A stretch of 64,000 nt of DNA from Gammaproteobacteria bacterium (lineage in GTDB: Bacteria > Pseudomonadota > Gammaproteobacteria > Steroidobacterales > Rariloculaceae), in contig JAJDVG010000037.1 in NCBI GenBank assembly GCA_022826245.1, forward strand, positions 7,470-71,469. The letters run 5' to 3'. Position numbers and translations under genes: made by a program. Numbering within the stretch: the first letter of the stretch is position 1; each line of letters starts with the position of its first letter. Shown one piece after another: positions 29,093-40,109 of the stretch. The notes beneath the pieces were generated by a model. The model saw only the letters and a list, made by a program, of their open reading frames with translations, searched no databases and was not told the DNA's origin.

Positions 29093-29980
29093 GTGGCCCG
29101 GCAACGCTTCAGGTTCAGGCTCCGGGCCGCTGAAGTTCCCGCTGCCGAAGCACTGCTGGAACTCGCCGGCGCCGAGGCCCTGTCGCTGTGCGACGCCGGG
29201 GACACGCCGGTACTGGAACCTCCGGTCGGCGAAACACCGCTTTGGCCTGAAGTCGAACTCAGCGCCCTGTTTGCCGCCGACGCGGATCTTGAGCCCCTGG
29301 CGGCAACGCTTGGCGATATGATTGCCGGCGGCGCCGATATCGACATCGCCCGTCTCGAGGACGAGGACTGGCAGCGTGGGGGCTCGCAACGCATCGAGCC
29401 ACGCCGTTTCGGCCGCTTGTGGCTCACCTCGGCCGACGCAGCGGACCGCTCCCGCGGCACCCGCCAGCTCAGGCTGCACATGGGACTGGCCTTCGGGACG
29501 GGCCGGCATCCGACGACCGCGTTGTGCCTGCAATGGCTCGGCGAGAACCCGCCGCTCGACCGGCGCGTGCTCGATTACGGCTGCGGTTCGGGAGTCCTCG
29601 CGCTCGCGGCACACACCCTCGGCGCCGCCCATTGCTGGGCGGTCGACAACGATCCGCAGGCGCTGACGGCGACTGCCGAAAACGCACGGCTAAACGGCAT
29701 CGAGCAGGCGTTGTGGATCGGTCCGCCGGAGGCGTTGTTCGACATCGAGGTCGAGATCGTCATGGCCAACATCCTGGCGGGTCCGCTCGAACGACTGGCG
29801 AAGAGGTTCGCGGATTGTCTGGTTCCGGGAGGCACTGTGGTATTGAGCGGAATCCTCGCGGCGCAACGCGATCGGGTCGAGGCCGCCTATGCGCCCGGCT
29901 TCCGCGATTTCGACTGCGAAACGCTCGGGGACTGGATTCGCCTGGTGGGCACGCGGCGGGACCAGGAGCCTGCGCCGTAG
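29093..29980 (+). CDS. prmA: Ribosomal protein L11 methyltransferase
   Basis: GLAFGTGRHPTTALCLQWL and VLDYGCGSGVLALAA SAM motifs. Read from an in-frame GTG at 29093 inside the merged track ORF 27890..29980. Confidence 0.85.
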   Translation: MARQRFRFRLRAAEVPAAEALLELAGAEALSLCDAGDTPVLEPPVGETPLWPEVELSALFAADADLEPLAATLGDMIAGGADIDIARLEDEDWQRGGSQRIEPRRFGRLWLTSADAADRSRGTRQLRLHMGLAFGTGRHPTTALCLQWLGENPPLDRRVLDYGCGSGVLALAAHTLGAAHCWAVDNDPQALTATAENARLNGIEQALWIGPPEALFDIEVEIVMANILAGPLERLAKRFADCLVPGGTVVLSGILAAQRDRVEAAYAPGFRDFDCETLGDWIRLVGTRRDQEPAP

Positions 29981-30109
29981 CAATTCACGACAGCGAAAAT
30001 CCGATATCGCCGTCCCTTCGACCGATCGATTGAGGGGAATATCGAGTCATATTTGACGAAATCGATCGGTCGAAGGCGCGGATGAGAGAGGATTTGCAGC
30101 CGTGAATTG
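29981..30109. repeat. 129-nt imperfect long inverted repeat (extended hairpin; MITE-like or structured RNA)
   Basis: Outer arms CAATTCACG/CGTGAATTG. Middle arms GAAAATCC/GGATTTGC. Perfect 17-bp inner arms CCTTCGACCGATCGATT (30015-30031) and AATCGATCGGTCGAAGG (30060-30076), with a 28-nt AT-rich loop. Confidence 0.8.
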
Positions 30110-30164
30110 CTGCGGTGCAGGTTCCTTCCTCTACAATTGCGTTGCCCAGGGCTATCGAGACGCC

Positions 30165-30896
30165 ATGCTCTACACGCGCTGCCCGGCCTGCAGGACGACG
30201 TTTCGGATCACGGCCGACGCGCTTCGCGAGGCCGACGGAAACGTCCGTTGCGGCCGTTGTGAGACCGTCTTCAATGCCCATCGCGCCGAAGCCGGAAACG
30301 AAGCGGCCGGGCAGGACAACGACGCCGACAGCACAACGGCCGGGCTGAACTGGCCGGCAGAGCCGGGAGATCGATGGCGCAGCTTGTGGCCTTATGCGGC
30401 GCTGGCAGCGACGCTCGTACTCGCCGGGCAGGGCGTTCACCACTTCCGCGCGGAACTCGCCTCCCAGGATGCGATCGGTCCCGCGCTGGCGCGCGTCTAT
30501 GACTACATCGGCGCGCCGCTCACGCCGCGCTGGGACCTGACGCAATACGAAATTACCGACTGGTCCGCACGATCGGGGCCCGATACGGCGCCGCGCAACA
30601 GTCTCGTCATCGTGGCCGGCGTCCATAACGGCGGTCCGCGGGCGCAACCGTATCCGCATGTTCGTCTGCGGCTCAACGACCGTTGGGGTGCGAGCGTCGG
30701 CAGCCGCACGTTCCGGCCGGACGAATACCTGGCGGCGAACGTTGCGGTCGATACGCTCATGCCCGCCGGCGAGACGGCGCAATTGCAGCTCACGGTGGTC
30801 GATCCCGGACCCGAGACCTACGGCTTCGAACTTGATCTGTGTATCGAGCCCGAACCCGGGCAATCGAGCTGCCAGTCGGACATGATTTTCCGCTGA
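30165..30896 (+). CDS. Zinc-ribbon (MJ0042-type) plus DUF3426-like membrane protein
   Basis: MLYTRCPACRTTFRI...VRCGRCETVFNA zinc ribbon, one TM helix, C-terminal DUF3426-like beta-rich domain; same position after prmA as in Pseudomonas. Confidence 0.7.
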   Translation: MLYTRCPACRTTFRITADALREADGNVRCGRCETVFNAHRAEAGNEAAGQDNDADSTTAGLNWPAEPGDRWRSLWPYAALAATLVLAGQGVHHFRAELASQDAIGPALARVYDYIGAPLTPRWDLTQYEITDWSARSGPDTAPRNSLVIVAGVHNGGPRAQPYPHVRLRLNDRWGASVGSRTFRPDEYLAANVAVDTLMPAGETAQLQLTVVDPGPETYGFELDLCIEPEPGQSSCQSDMIFR

Positions 30897-30955
30897 GCGG
30901 CGCCCCCGGAGGCGCGCAGTGAACCCTCCCCCGCGTGCTATCATCCGCCGCCGAA

Positions 30956-32506
30956 ATGAGCGCCTCCCGCCGAGCCCTGTTGAGCGTATCCGACAAACGC
31001 GGCGTGGCGGATTTCGCCCGGCGGCTTTCCGAACTCTCGTTCGAGCTCGTATCGACCGGCGGCACCGCGCGGGTGCTGCGCGAGGCGGGGCTCCGCGTCA
31101 CCGGCATCTCCGAAATCACCGGTTTTCCGGAGGTCATGGACGGCCGCGTCAAGACCCTGCATCCGGCCGTCCACGGCGGTCTGCTCGCGCGCCGCGGCAT
31201 TGACGAGGAGACGCTCGACGAGCACGGCATCGGGATGATCGACGTGCTTGTCGTCAACCTGTATCCGTTCGAACAGGTCATCGCGAACCCCCAATCGAGC
31301 GTCGCCGACGCGATCGAGAACATCGACATCGGCGGACCGGCGATGTTGCGCGCCGCCGCCAAGAATCACGAGCGCGTCGCCGTGGTCGTCGATGCCGGCG
31401 ACTACGACGAAGTCATCGAGAGCTATCGCAATGGCCAGCCCGATGACGGACTCAGACGCCGCTTGGCCGTCAAGGCCTACGCCCACACCGCGCGCTACGA
31501 CACGGCGATCAGCGGCTATCTCGGCGGGCTTTCGGAACCCGCCGATAACGTGCCCGATCCGCTCATGTTGTCGCTCGCCAGAACTGCGGAACTGCGTTAC
31601 GGGGAAAATCCGCACCAGTTCGCGGCCCTGTACGTCGACCCGGCTGCGCCGACGGGAACCGTAGCGCAGGCGCGGCAGCGTCAAGGCAAACCCCTGTCGT
31701 TCAACAATCTCGCCGATGCCGACACGGCGCTCGAATGTGTGCTCGCGTTCGACGAGCCTGCCTGCGTGATCGTCAAGCATTCCAACCCATGCGGCGTCGC
31801 GACCGCAGACTCGCCGATGGCCGCATACGATCTGGCCTGGCAAGGCGATCCGACCTCGGCCTTCGGCGGTGTGATCGCCTTCAACAGGACTCTGCCTGCG
31901 GATGTCGCAAGCGCAATCATCGACCGGCAGTTCGCCGAGGTCATCGTCGCGCCCGAGGTCGAAGACGCGGCGTTGGGCGCACTTGCCGCGAAACCCAATA
32001 TACGCGTCCTTGCCTGCGGTGCGCCGTCGGCCGGGTCCGATACGCCGGACATCAGAACGATTGCCGGCGGAGTGCTTCTGCAGTCACGCGACCGCGGCGA
32101 CCCGGGCTCGACGGCGGCGAGAACCGTGACCGAGCGGCAACCCACCGATACGGAACTCGCGGACCTCATGTTCGCCTGGCGCGTCGCGCGATTCGTCAAG
32201 TCGAACGCGATCGTGTTCGCGCACGGCGGCAGGACCGTCGGCATCGGCGCGGGCCAGATGAGCCGCGTCGTCAGCACGCGAATCGCCGCATTCAAGGCCG
32301 AGGAAGAGGGGCTGCCCGTCGCAGGCGCGGTGATGGCGTCGGACGCCTACTTCCCCTTCCGCGACGGCATCGACGGCGCCGCGCAACACGGCATCCGCGC
32401 CGTGATCCAGCCGGGCGGTTCGATTCGGGATGACGAAGTCATCGCGGCGGCAAACGAGCACGATATCGCGATGGTATTCACCGGTGTGCGCCACTTCCGC
32501 CACTAG
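30956..32506 (+). CDS. purH: Bifunctional AICAR transformylase / IMP cyclohydrolase
   Basis: [13 protein letters not shown]..., full-length collinear PurH ending FTGVRHFRH. Confidence 0.95.
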   Translation: MSASRRALLSVSDKRGVADFARRLSELSFELVSTGGTARVLREAGLRVTGISEITGFPEVMDGRVKTLHPAVHGGLLARRGIDEETLDEHGIGMIDVLVVNLYPFEQVIANPQSSVADAIENIDIGGPAMLRAAAKNHERVAVVVDAGDYDEVIESYRNGQPDDGLRRRLAVKAYAHTARYDTAISGYLGGLSEPADNVPDPLMLSLARTAELRYGENPHQFAALYVDPAAPTGTVAQARQRQGKPLSFNNLADADTALECVLAFDEPACVIVKHSNPCGVATADSPMAAYDLAWQGDPTSAFGGVIAFNRTLPADVASAIIDRQFAEVIVAPEVEDAALGALAAKPNIRVLACGAPSAGSDTPDIRTIAGGVLLQSRDRGDPGSTAARTVTERQPTDTELADLMFAWRVARFVKSNAIVFAHGGRTVGIGAGQMSRVVSTRIAAFKAEEEGLPVAGAVMASDAYFPFRDGIDGAAQHGIRAVIQPGGSIRDDEVIAAANEHDIAMVFTGVRHFRH

Positions 32507-32566
32507 CGGCCCGTGGCGAAAGTCGCGCGCGGAGGCTCGTCGCGAACGCATGCGCGGGGTGCGTCG

Positions 32567-33865
32567 ATGAACGTTCTTGTCGTCGGTGGCGGCGGGCGCG
32601 AACACGCGCTCGCATGGAAGGCGGCCCGCTCGCCGCTCGTCTCCGAAGTGCTGTGCGCGCCGGGCAACGCGGGCACCGCGCTCGAGCCGAACGTTCGCAA
32701 TGTCGGAGTCGGCGCCGGGGACATTGACGGGCTCGTCAGGCTCGCGAAGGACGAATCGGTCGAACTCAGCATCGTCGGACCCGAGCAACCGCTCGTGGAC
32801 GGTATTGCCGATCGCTTCGCAGCCGAGGGGCTCAAGTGTTTCGGACCCGGAGCCCGCGCGGCGATGCTCGAAGGATCGAAATCGTTCGCCAAGGATTTCT
32901 TCGCCCGCCACGCCATCCCGACAGCCGCCTACGAGACGTTTACGGACCTCGGCGCCGCGCGCCGCCATCTCGCCGGTCAAACGCTGCCCGCGGTCATCAA
33001 GGCGGACGGGCTCGCGGCCGGCAAGGGCGTCATCATCGCGCACACGGCGGAGGAAGCCGATCGGACGCTGGGCGGCATGCTCCAGCGGCACGAGTTTGGC
33101 GACGCCGGCAAGAAGGTCGTGATCGAGGAGTTCCTGCGCGGCGAGGAAGCGAGTTTCATCGCGCTCGTCGACGGCACGCGCATCCTGCCGCTGGCGAGTT
33201 CCCAGGATCACAAGGCCCGGGACGACGGCGACCGTGGCCCGAATACGGGCGGCATGGGCGCCTATTCGCCCGCGCCCGTGGTCAGCGGCGACGTCAACGA
33301 CAGGATCATGAACGAGGTGATGCGTCCCGCCGTCGAAGGGCTCGCCGCCGACGGCATCGACTACCGCGGTTTCCTGTATGCCGGCCTCATGATCGACGAA
33401 CACGGCGCACCGCGAGTGCTCGAGTTCAACTGCCGCTGCGGGGATCCCGAAACCCAGCCGATCCTGTTCAGGCTACGCTCCGATCTCGTCGCTGTCTGTC
33501 TCGAAGGCTGCGGCGGCGCGCTCGATGCCGTCGAACTTGACTGGGACCCGCGCGCCGCGGTCGGCATCGTCATGGCGGCGGGCGGATACCCGGGCAGTTA
33601 CGAGAAACAGAAGCCAATATCGGGCCTCGAGGGCCTCGACAGCGACACGGTCAAGGTGTTTCACGCCGGCACCGAGCTCCACGACGGCCGCGTCGTGACC
33701 AACGGCGGCCGCGTCCTTTGTGCGGTTGCGCTCGGCGAAAGCGTCAGTGAGGCGCGCGAGCGCGCCTACGAAGCCGTCGGCAGGATCGAGTGGGAGGGCG
33801 CGTTCAGTCGCAGCGATATCGGCTACCGCGCAGTCGCCCGGGAACGCGGCACGGGTCAGGGTTAA
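32567..33865 (+). CDS. purD: Phosphoribosylamine--glycine ligase
   Basis: MNVLVVGGGGREHALAWK..., ATP-grasp fold. Confidence 0.95.
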   Translation: MNVLVVGGGGREHALAWKAARSPLVSEVLCAPGNAGTALEPNVRNVGVGAGDIDGLVRLAKDESVELSIVGPEQPLVDGIADRFAAEGLKCFGPGARAAMLEGSKSFAKDFFARHAIPTAAYETFTDLGAARRHLAGQTLPAVIKADGLAAGKGVIIAHTAEEADRTLGGMLQRHEFGDAGKKVVIEEFLRGEEASFIALVDGTRILPLASSQDHKARDDGDRGPNTGGMGAYSPAPVVSGDVNDRIMNEVMRPAVEGLAADGIDYRGFLYAGLMIDEHGAPRVLEFNCRCGDPETQPILFRLRSDLVAVCLEGCGGALDAVELDWDPRAAVGIVMAAGGYPGSYEKQKPISGLEGLDSDTVKVFHAGTELHDGRVVTNGGRVLCAVALGESVSEARERAYEAVGRIEWEGAFSRSDIGYRAVARERGTGQG

Positions 33866-33893
33866 TGCTTGCCGGCGCTTTCCGAAACAGGCT

Positions 33894-35150
<1,257 letters not shown>

Positions 35151-35358
35151 CGCGTTCCTGCTGAGCTCGAGTTCGGCAGCCGGGATCACGTCAAAATTCT
35201 CGTCGTCCGGAAATTCTTCCCGGGCGGGCTTCTTGCGGCGCGGGCCGCGTTTGCCGTTTCCGTCCCGCCCCTGGCGTGAACCGCCCTTGGGACGGGTGCG
35301 TGCTGAATTACCCAAGTATCCCCTCACGAACGTTTACCGGGGTTGCCTGACATTAGGT

Positions 35359-35700
35359 TTAACTCCCTTGTGCACCGAGATGCGGCTCAAGGAACGACTC
35401 GAGCCGTGCCTTTGGAACCGCCCCGACGACCTGGTCCACGACCGAGCCGCCACGGAAGAGCAGAAGCATGGGAATGCTGCGCACGTTGTATTGCATCGGT
35501 GTGCGCGGATTCTCGTCGATGTTGAGCTTCACGACCCGGAGGCGGCCTTCCTGCTCGGCCGCGATCGTGTCCAGGATCGGCGCGATCATCCTGCATGGCC
35601 CGCACCATTCCGCCCAAAAGTCGAGCAGCACGGGCTGGTCCGACTGCAGGACGTCTGCCGCGAAATCGGCATCGGTCGTATGTACGATCTGATCACTCAC
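35359..35700 (-). CDS. trxA: Thioredoxin 1
   Basis: [13 protein letters not shown]...[18 protein letters not shown] start with GGAGGAAG upstream. Lies upstream of rho as in E. coli. Confidence 0.95.
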   Translation of the reverse strand: MSDQIVHTTDADFAADVLQSDQPVLLDFWAEWCGPCRMIAPILDTIAAEQEGRLRVVKLNIDENPRTPMQYNVRSIPMLLLFRGGSVVDQVVGAVPKARLESFLEPHLGAQGS

Positions 35701-36102
35701 CGTTATGACTTCCTCCGGACCTTGCGTATTTCCCTTCGGGACGCCCTGCGCGCTCGCTTGCGTACGGTCAGCGTTGCTGGAAAGACGGAAAGTGACGGCC
35801 CCGGCCGGAAAGGCGCAATGTCGAAGCTGGTCGCTTTCTACGAGACTCGCGGGAGTATTGCTGGGTGTCTGAGAGAGCGAGAGCGCTCGCCTGCGGACTA
35901 TTGTGAACCGTGCACGAGACAATTTGCAAGTGGTTCCGGTACAGCGGCCGGAACGGAACAAGCGGAACCGTCCGGCCACGCCGCCGCCGCCCGAAGCCTC
36001 CCGACACGGGCTGTGCTAAGATCGGAGTACGCGCGAACACGATCCCTCACGACCTCGTGCCTCGCGCGAGAACGTAGACCAACAACAAACGGGGGAAGAC
36101 TT

Positions 36103-36417
36103 ATGAGCGCAGCGAAGATTGTGCGTATCGTCGGCCTGATCGTAGTTCTGATCGCCGCATTTGCACCGACCATCCCTTATATCGGCGTCGCCGTGGCGAT
36201 CGTCGGTCTGGCGGTCGGCTACTACGTCAGTACCGACAACCGCGGTACGCTGTTTCTGGTGGCCATCGCGTTGGCCACGGGCGTAGCCGAAGCGCTCGGG
36301 GGCATACCGGCTATCGGGATGTATCTGACGGCCATACTCAGCAGCGTTGGCGACCTTGTAGCCGCCGCGGCAGTGACGGCTGTCGTGATGATCTCGTACG
36401 AAAGACTGACGGAATAG
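36103..36417 (+). CDS. Small hydrophobic membrane protein (hypothetical, 104 aa)
   Basis: 3-4 predicted TM helices; GGGGGAAG Shine-Dalgarno 6 nt before the ATG. This is the only plausible part of track ORF 35131..36417. Confidence 0.5.
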   Translation: MSAAKIVRIVGLIVVLIAAFAPTIPYIGVAVAIVGLAVGYYVSTDNRGTLFLVAIALATGVAEALGGIPAIGMYLTAILSSVGDLVAAAAVTAVVMISYERLTE

Positions 36418-36502
36418 GTCTTTCCGTCAGCGAACCCGGTTACGCCGTTTCAGCAGAGTCCGATGAGCTGAACTCGCGGCGTCGACCGGGTTGGCACTTA
36501 CA

Positions 36503-36538
36503 GGGGGCTGGCCGCGCCGTTCGGCGCGGCACTCCCCC
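36503..36538. terminator. Bidirectional GC hairpin between convergent genes
   Basis: GCCGCGCC-gttc-GGCGCGGC, extended by GGGGG/CCCCC. Confidence 0.4.
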
Positions 36539-36601
36539 GCTCCCTTTCCTCCGACGCGCGCTCACGGACGCACGCGCCAGGAGTGAAGCCTCAAGCGCTC
36601 C

Positions 36602-39600
36602 TCAGAAGCTGAATCGCGCTCCAAGCGTGTAGCGCCGGCCGATCAGGTCGTGGAACGCGTTCGTCTGCGTCGCGTTGGCGCCGAAGTAGCCGAAGTTCGC
36701 CGAGATCGGCGGATCCTCGTCGAACAGGTTCTGCACATTGCCGTACAACTCCAGCGTCCCTTCTCCCACAGCGAGGTCATAGCGCAGGTTTGCGTCGACA
36801 TAACTCACCGACTCGATCGTGTTGTTGTCGATGTGTACGCCTTCGGTCTCGAGCACGTCACGCACGCCCCCGTCGATCCAGCGCGCCTGGATGAACGCCC
36901 GGAACGCCCCCCTGCGATAGTTGAACTGCGCCGTGATCTTTTCGGTCGGCAGGTCGAAGCCGCCGTATATCTGGCCCGCGCGATCGATCCTCGGCGAGTC
37001 GAAACCCTGGAACGAGTTTTCGGCGAGGTGAGTCGCGAGCAGGCGAATGCCCAGTTGCTCGCCGCCGCCGAACCAGTCGACGTCGGAGCGGTAGCTGACC
37101 TCGAAATCCGCGCCCTCGACGGTCGCGTTGGCGACATTGAGGAAGTTGGCCGAGACGACGTTGATGGCGCCGGGCGTGCCGTCGGGAAGGTCCGGCTGAC
37201 GGGTGATCAGCGGGCAAAGCGACACGTCGCCGATGTGACATTGGTCGACGATCTGCTGAGGCGTCAACTCCGCGATCGCATCGACGAGATCGACCTGGAA
37301 CCAGTCGATGGACACGGACAATCCGGGCGTCCCGGTCGGCTGAATCACGAACCCCATGGTGACCGTATCGGCTTCCTCGGGGCGAATGTTCGGGCTACCG
37401 CCGGTCGTGCGGAAGATCTGGAAGCGCTCGTTGTTTCTGGCCGGATCCTGCACCGAGGAAGCGCCGCCCGTCTGGTCGAAACGCTCCGAGAGCGTCCCGG
37501 CCCTGACGTCGCGCGAGCGCGTAGCCCTTAGACGCAGCGCATCGGTGAGCTGCGAATCGACGCCGGCCTTCCAGACCCACACGCCGCCCGAACCGGAGTA
37601 GTCCGCCCAGCGCGCGGCAACCGGGATATTGAGCCTGTTGTCGGCAAGCACGGGTACGAAAACCTCGCCGAACACCTCGGAAACATCCCTTGCGCCGGTG
37701 ACGTTCGGTACCTTCGAGTACTGGATGACGACCGAATTGTTCAAGTCGCCGCGAGGCATCCCCCGTATGCCGGCCGGGGCGTAGTTCATCGGCACCGGCC
37801 GCCCGGAATCGTGGTTGCCGTCGAGAATCCCCGCGCTCAACTGCGTGCCGTCGGGCGCGAAATACGGCCCGACCGGCGTGCGCGCGATCTGGTTCATCGA
37901 CTCTTCGCGCCAGCCGGCGCCGAACGCGACGCCGATCGCGCCAACCTCGCGGTCGTCGAAGAGCTCGCCGGTCATCGAGAACTCGATGACATCCTGTTCG
38001 ATCCACGAGCGGGTGATCCGGCCTTCTTCGGTGACGTAAGTGTCCGTCACGCCGAGATCGAAACCCTGCTGGGCGTAGTAGATGGGCGTCGTGACTGTCT
38101 GACCCGGGTCGAAACCCGTGACCCAGTCGATCGCGGCGTCGGACATGTTGCCCCGGCCGAAGGGATTCATCGGCACGCAGTCGGGGAACATTGCCCCCTG
38201 AGTCACGAGCGTGACGTTACAGACGATCTGGCCCGTCGCAGGATCGACCACGGCATCGTGAGCCAGGTGGATGCGGTCGAGGCGGATGCCGCCGAGTTGC
38301 CTGATCAGCGTCGTGGTTTCGCCCTGCTGAACGAAGGCGTCGACGCTCCAGCCGTCGAAGACGCCGCCACCGGACAGTTCCGCCTCAAGTCCAAGCGTCG
38401 TCGACTCGAACTCGACGTCGAGCGCGAGCGCAGCGCCGCCGCGCTTGAGGTCGGACGAATGGCCCATGCGATTGAGGTTGAAGCACGGTACCGCGTCCGG
38501 CGCAGCGGATGGCTGGCCGTTGATGCCGCAACGCCTGGAGTAGCCCGGGTCGTCCAGCACCGCCTGAATCTCCGGCGGCAGGAAGGCATTGCCGCTGTAG
38601 ATGACCATCGGCGAGAACGGCCCGTGGAACTGCCCGGCGATGTTCAGTTGCGTTCTGAACGACTCCCCGCGCAGTGCCTGCGCAAAGAGCGTGACATTGT
38701 CGCCCGCGTCGTAACTCAACCGCAGGAACTGGTTTTCCCGATCATAATCCGTCGTCAGATTCGGCAAATCCGCACCCATGTCATCGCCTTCGCCGACACC
38801 GCCGGCGATCGACTGCGACAGCCCCGGTTGTCCCGGAACGAGTCCGAACGGCGATACCGCCGTGCCCGCGGAATTGAAATTGTGATTGTGCAGCGGCGTG
38901 CCGGGCGCGAAGATGAGGCCGTCGAAGGTCGCCGTCCTCGATACGACATTGGGACGTACCAGTTCTCTCGGCCCGCTCGGGTCCGGATTGATGATGATGC
39001 CCCAGTTCTGGTACCAGTCCCGCCCTTCGTAAGTATGGATGCCGTCCTGAGTGTAGGTATCGACCGAAAAGAGCAGGTGCATGCGCTCGCCGATCGCGAA
39101 GCCGCCCGCAAATGAGGCTTCCCAGTTGTCGCCGTCGCCTTGGGCCGACTGGCCCGATTGGGCGTGGCCCCTGAGCCCCTCGAGATCCGTATCGAGGATG
39201 AAGTTCACGACGCCGGTGACGGCGTCCGTGCCGTAGGCGGCCGATGCTCCGCCCGTTACGGTCTCGACCGAGCGGAGCAATGCTTCCGGAAACGCGCTGA
39301 TGTCGGTGCCGCCGAATCGCGTCGAGGACACGACCCGCCGCCCGTCGAGCAGTACGAGCGTCCGCTTCGTACCGATGCCGCGCAGGTCCAGGTTTCCGGA
39401 ACCCGGGCTCGAGAAGAATCCGCCGGGATCGTTCGGCGTTCGATTGTTGTAGAACAGGGGCAACTGGCTAAGCGCTTCGATCACGTTGCCGGGCGCCATG
39501 AGATCGATATCCTCGCGGCCGACGACCGTCACCGGCGTGGGCGTATTCATGCCCGATGTCTGCTGGATGCGGGAGCCGGTTACCGTGACTTCCTCAAGCT

Positions 39601-39736
39601 GCGCGTCCTGGGCCATGCCGGTCGTGTGGCCGAGCCCGAGCGCAGTAAGGCAGGCAAATGCCAGCGGTTTGAGAACTGGTGTGGGCCGAGTCATTGAAAT
39701 ACTGCCAATAGGCAAACGTCGCATCGTATGCGTCAT
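36602..39736 (-). CDS. TonB-dependent outer-membrane receptor (large, about 1040 aa)
   Basis: Signal peptide, EEVTVTGSRI plug start, long beta-barrel ending ...YTLGARFSF. The start is uncertain (39736, 39724 or 39694). Confidence 0.85.
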   Translation of the reverse strand: MTHTMRRLPIGSISMTRPTPVLKPLAFACLTALGLGHTTGMAQDAQLEEVTVTGSRIQQTSGMNTPTPVTVVGREDIDLMAPGNVIEALSQLPLFYNNRTPNDPGGFFSSPGSGNLDLRGIGTKRTLVLLDGRRVVSSTRFGGTDISAFPEALLRSVETVTGGASAAYGTDAVTGVVNFILDTDLEGLRGHAQSGQSAQGDGDNWEASFAGGFAIGERMHLLFSVDTYTQDGIHTYEGRDWYQNWGIIINPDPSGPRELVRPNVVSRTATFDGLIFAPGTPLHNHNFNSAGTAVSPFGLVPGQPGLSQSIAGGVGEGDDMGADLPNLTTDYDRENQFLRLSYDAGDNVTLFAQALRGESFRTQLNIAGQFHGPFSPMVIYSGNAFLPPEIQAVLDDPGYSRRCGINGQPSAAPDAVPCFNLNRMGHSSDLKRGGAALALDVEFESTTLGLEAELSGGGVFDGWSVDAFVQQGETTTLIRQLGGIRLDRIHLAHDAVVDPATGQIVCNVTLVTQGAMFPDCVPMNPFGRGNMSDAAIDWVTGFDPGQTVTTPIYYAQQGFDLGVTDTYVTEEGRITRSWIEQDVIEFSMTGELFDDREVGAIGVAFGAGWREESMNQIARTPVGPYFAPDGTQLSAGILDGNHDSGRPVPMNYAPAGIRGMPRGDLNNSVVIQYSKVPNVTGARDVSEVFGEVFVPVLADNRLNIPVAARWADYSGSGGVWVWKAGVDSQLTDALRLRATRSRDVRAGTLSERFDQTGGASSVQDPARNNERFQIFRTTGGSPNIRPEEADTVTMGFVIQPTGTPGLSVSIDWFQVDLVDAIAELTPQQIVDQCHIGDVSLCPLITRQPDLPDGTPGAINVVSANFLNVANATVEGADFEVSYRSDVDWFGGGEQLGIRLLATHLAENSFQGFDSPRIDRAGQIYGGFDLPTEKITAQFNYRRGAFRAFIQARWIDGGVRDVLETEGVHIDNNTIESVSYVDANLRYDLAVGEGTLELYGNVQNLFDEDPPISANFGYFGANATQTNAFHDLIGRRYTLGARFSF

Positions 39737-40109
39737 TATCTGTTCCCCCCGAGGTGTTGCGGCTTCGATGCAGCGCCCCTCCATGCCGCCCGAAGCTTCG
39801 TTGTAATCCTGCGCTGTAGCGCGGTTCATGTTGTTGTATCGAGCATACGCTCTTGCCCACGCCAGTCAAGTTAGCGGCCGGCCTGCCACCTGCGGGGTGT
39901 CGATAGCCATGTTCCGGAGCCTGCCGATGAGTACAATCTGCGAATCCCCGAACGAACTGCCGTTACGAAGAAACACCAACTGAAGTGCGTTCGCGGCCTG
40001 GGACTGCGTTCTGACTTCGGCGCGCGGGGGAGCGCGGCGATGGCGCCGCGTACCAGGCAACATTTGTAAACCGCGAACCGGCTCACATGCCGGTTTGCAG
40101 GAGATGCCG

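Noticed and set aside
35151-35327. 59-codon basic N-terminal extension of Rho ([32 protein letters not shown]...)
   Set aside because: It would need a GTG start without a Shine-Dalgarno sequence. The ATG at 35150 gives a 419-aa protein collinear with E. coli Rho and has AGGA upstream. The open frame is probably a GC-content effect within the rho leader.
39737-40094. Possible cobalamin or other riboswitch in the long leader of the large TonB receptor
   Set aside because: There is no B12-box (only a loose GCCACCTG on the wrong strand), no GGGAA/GGTG core and no recognisable conserved riboswitch motif by eye. An Rfam scan is needed for certainty.
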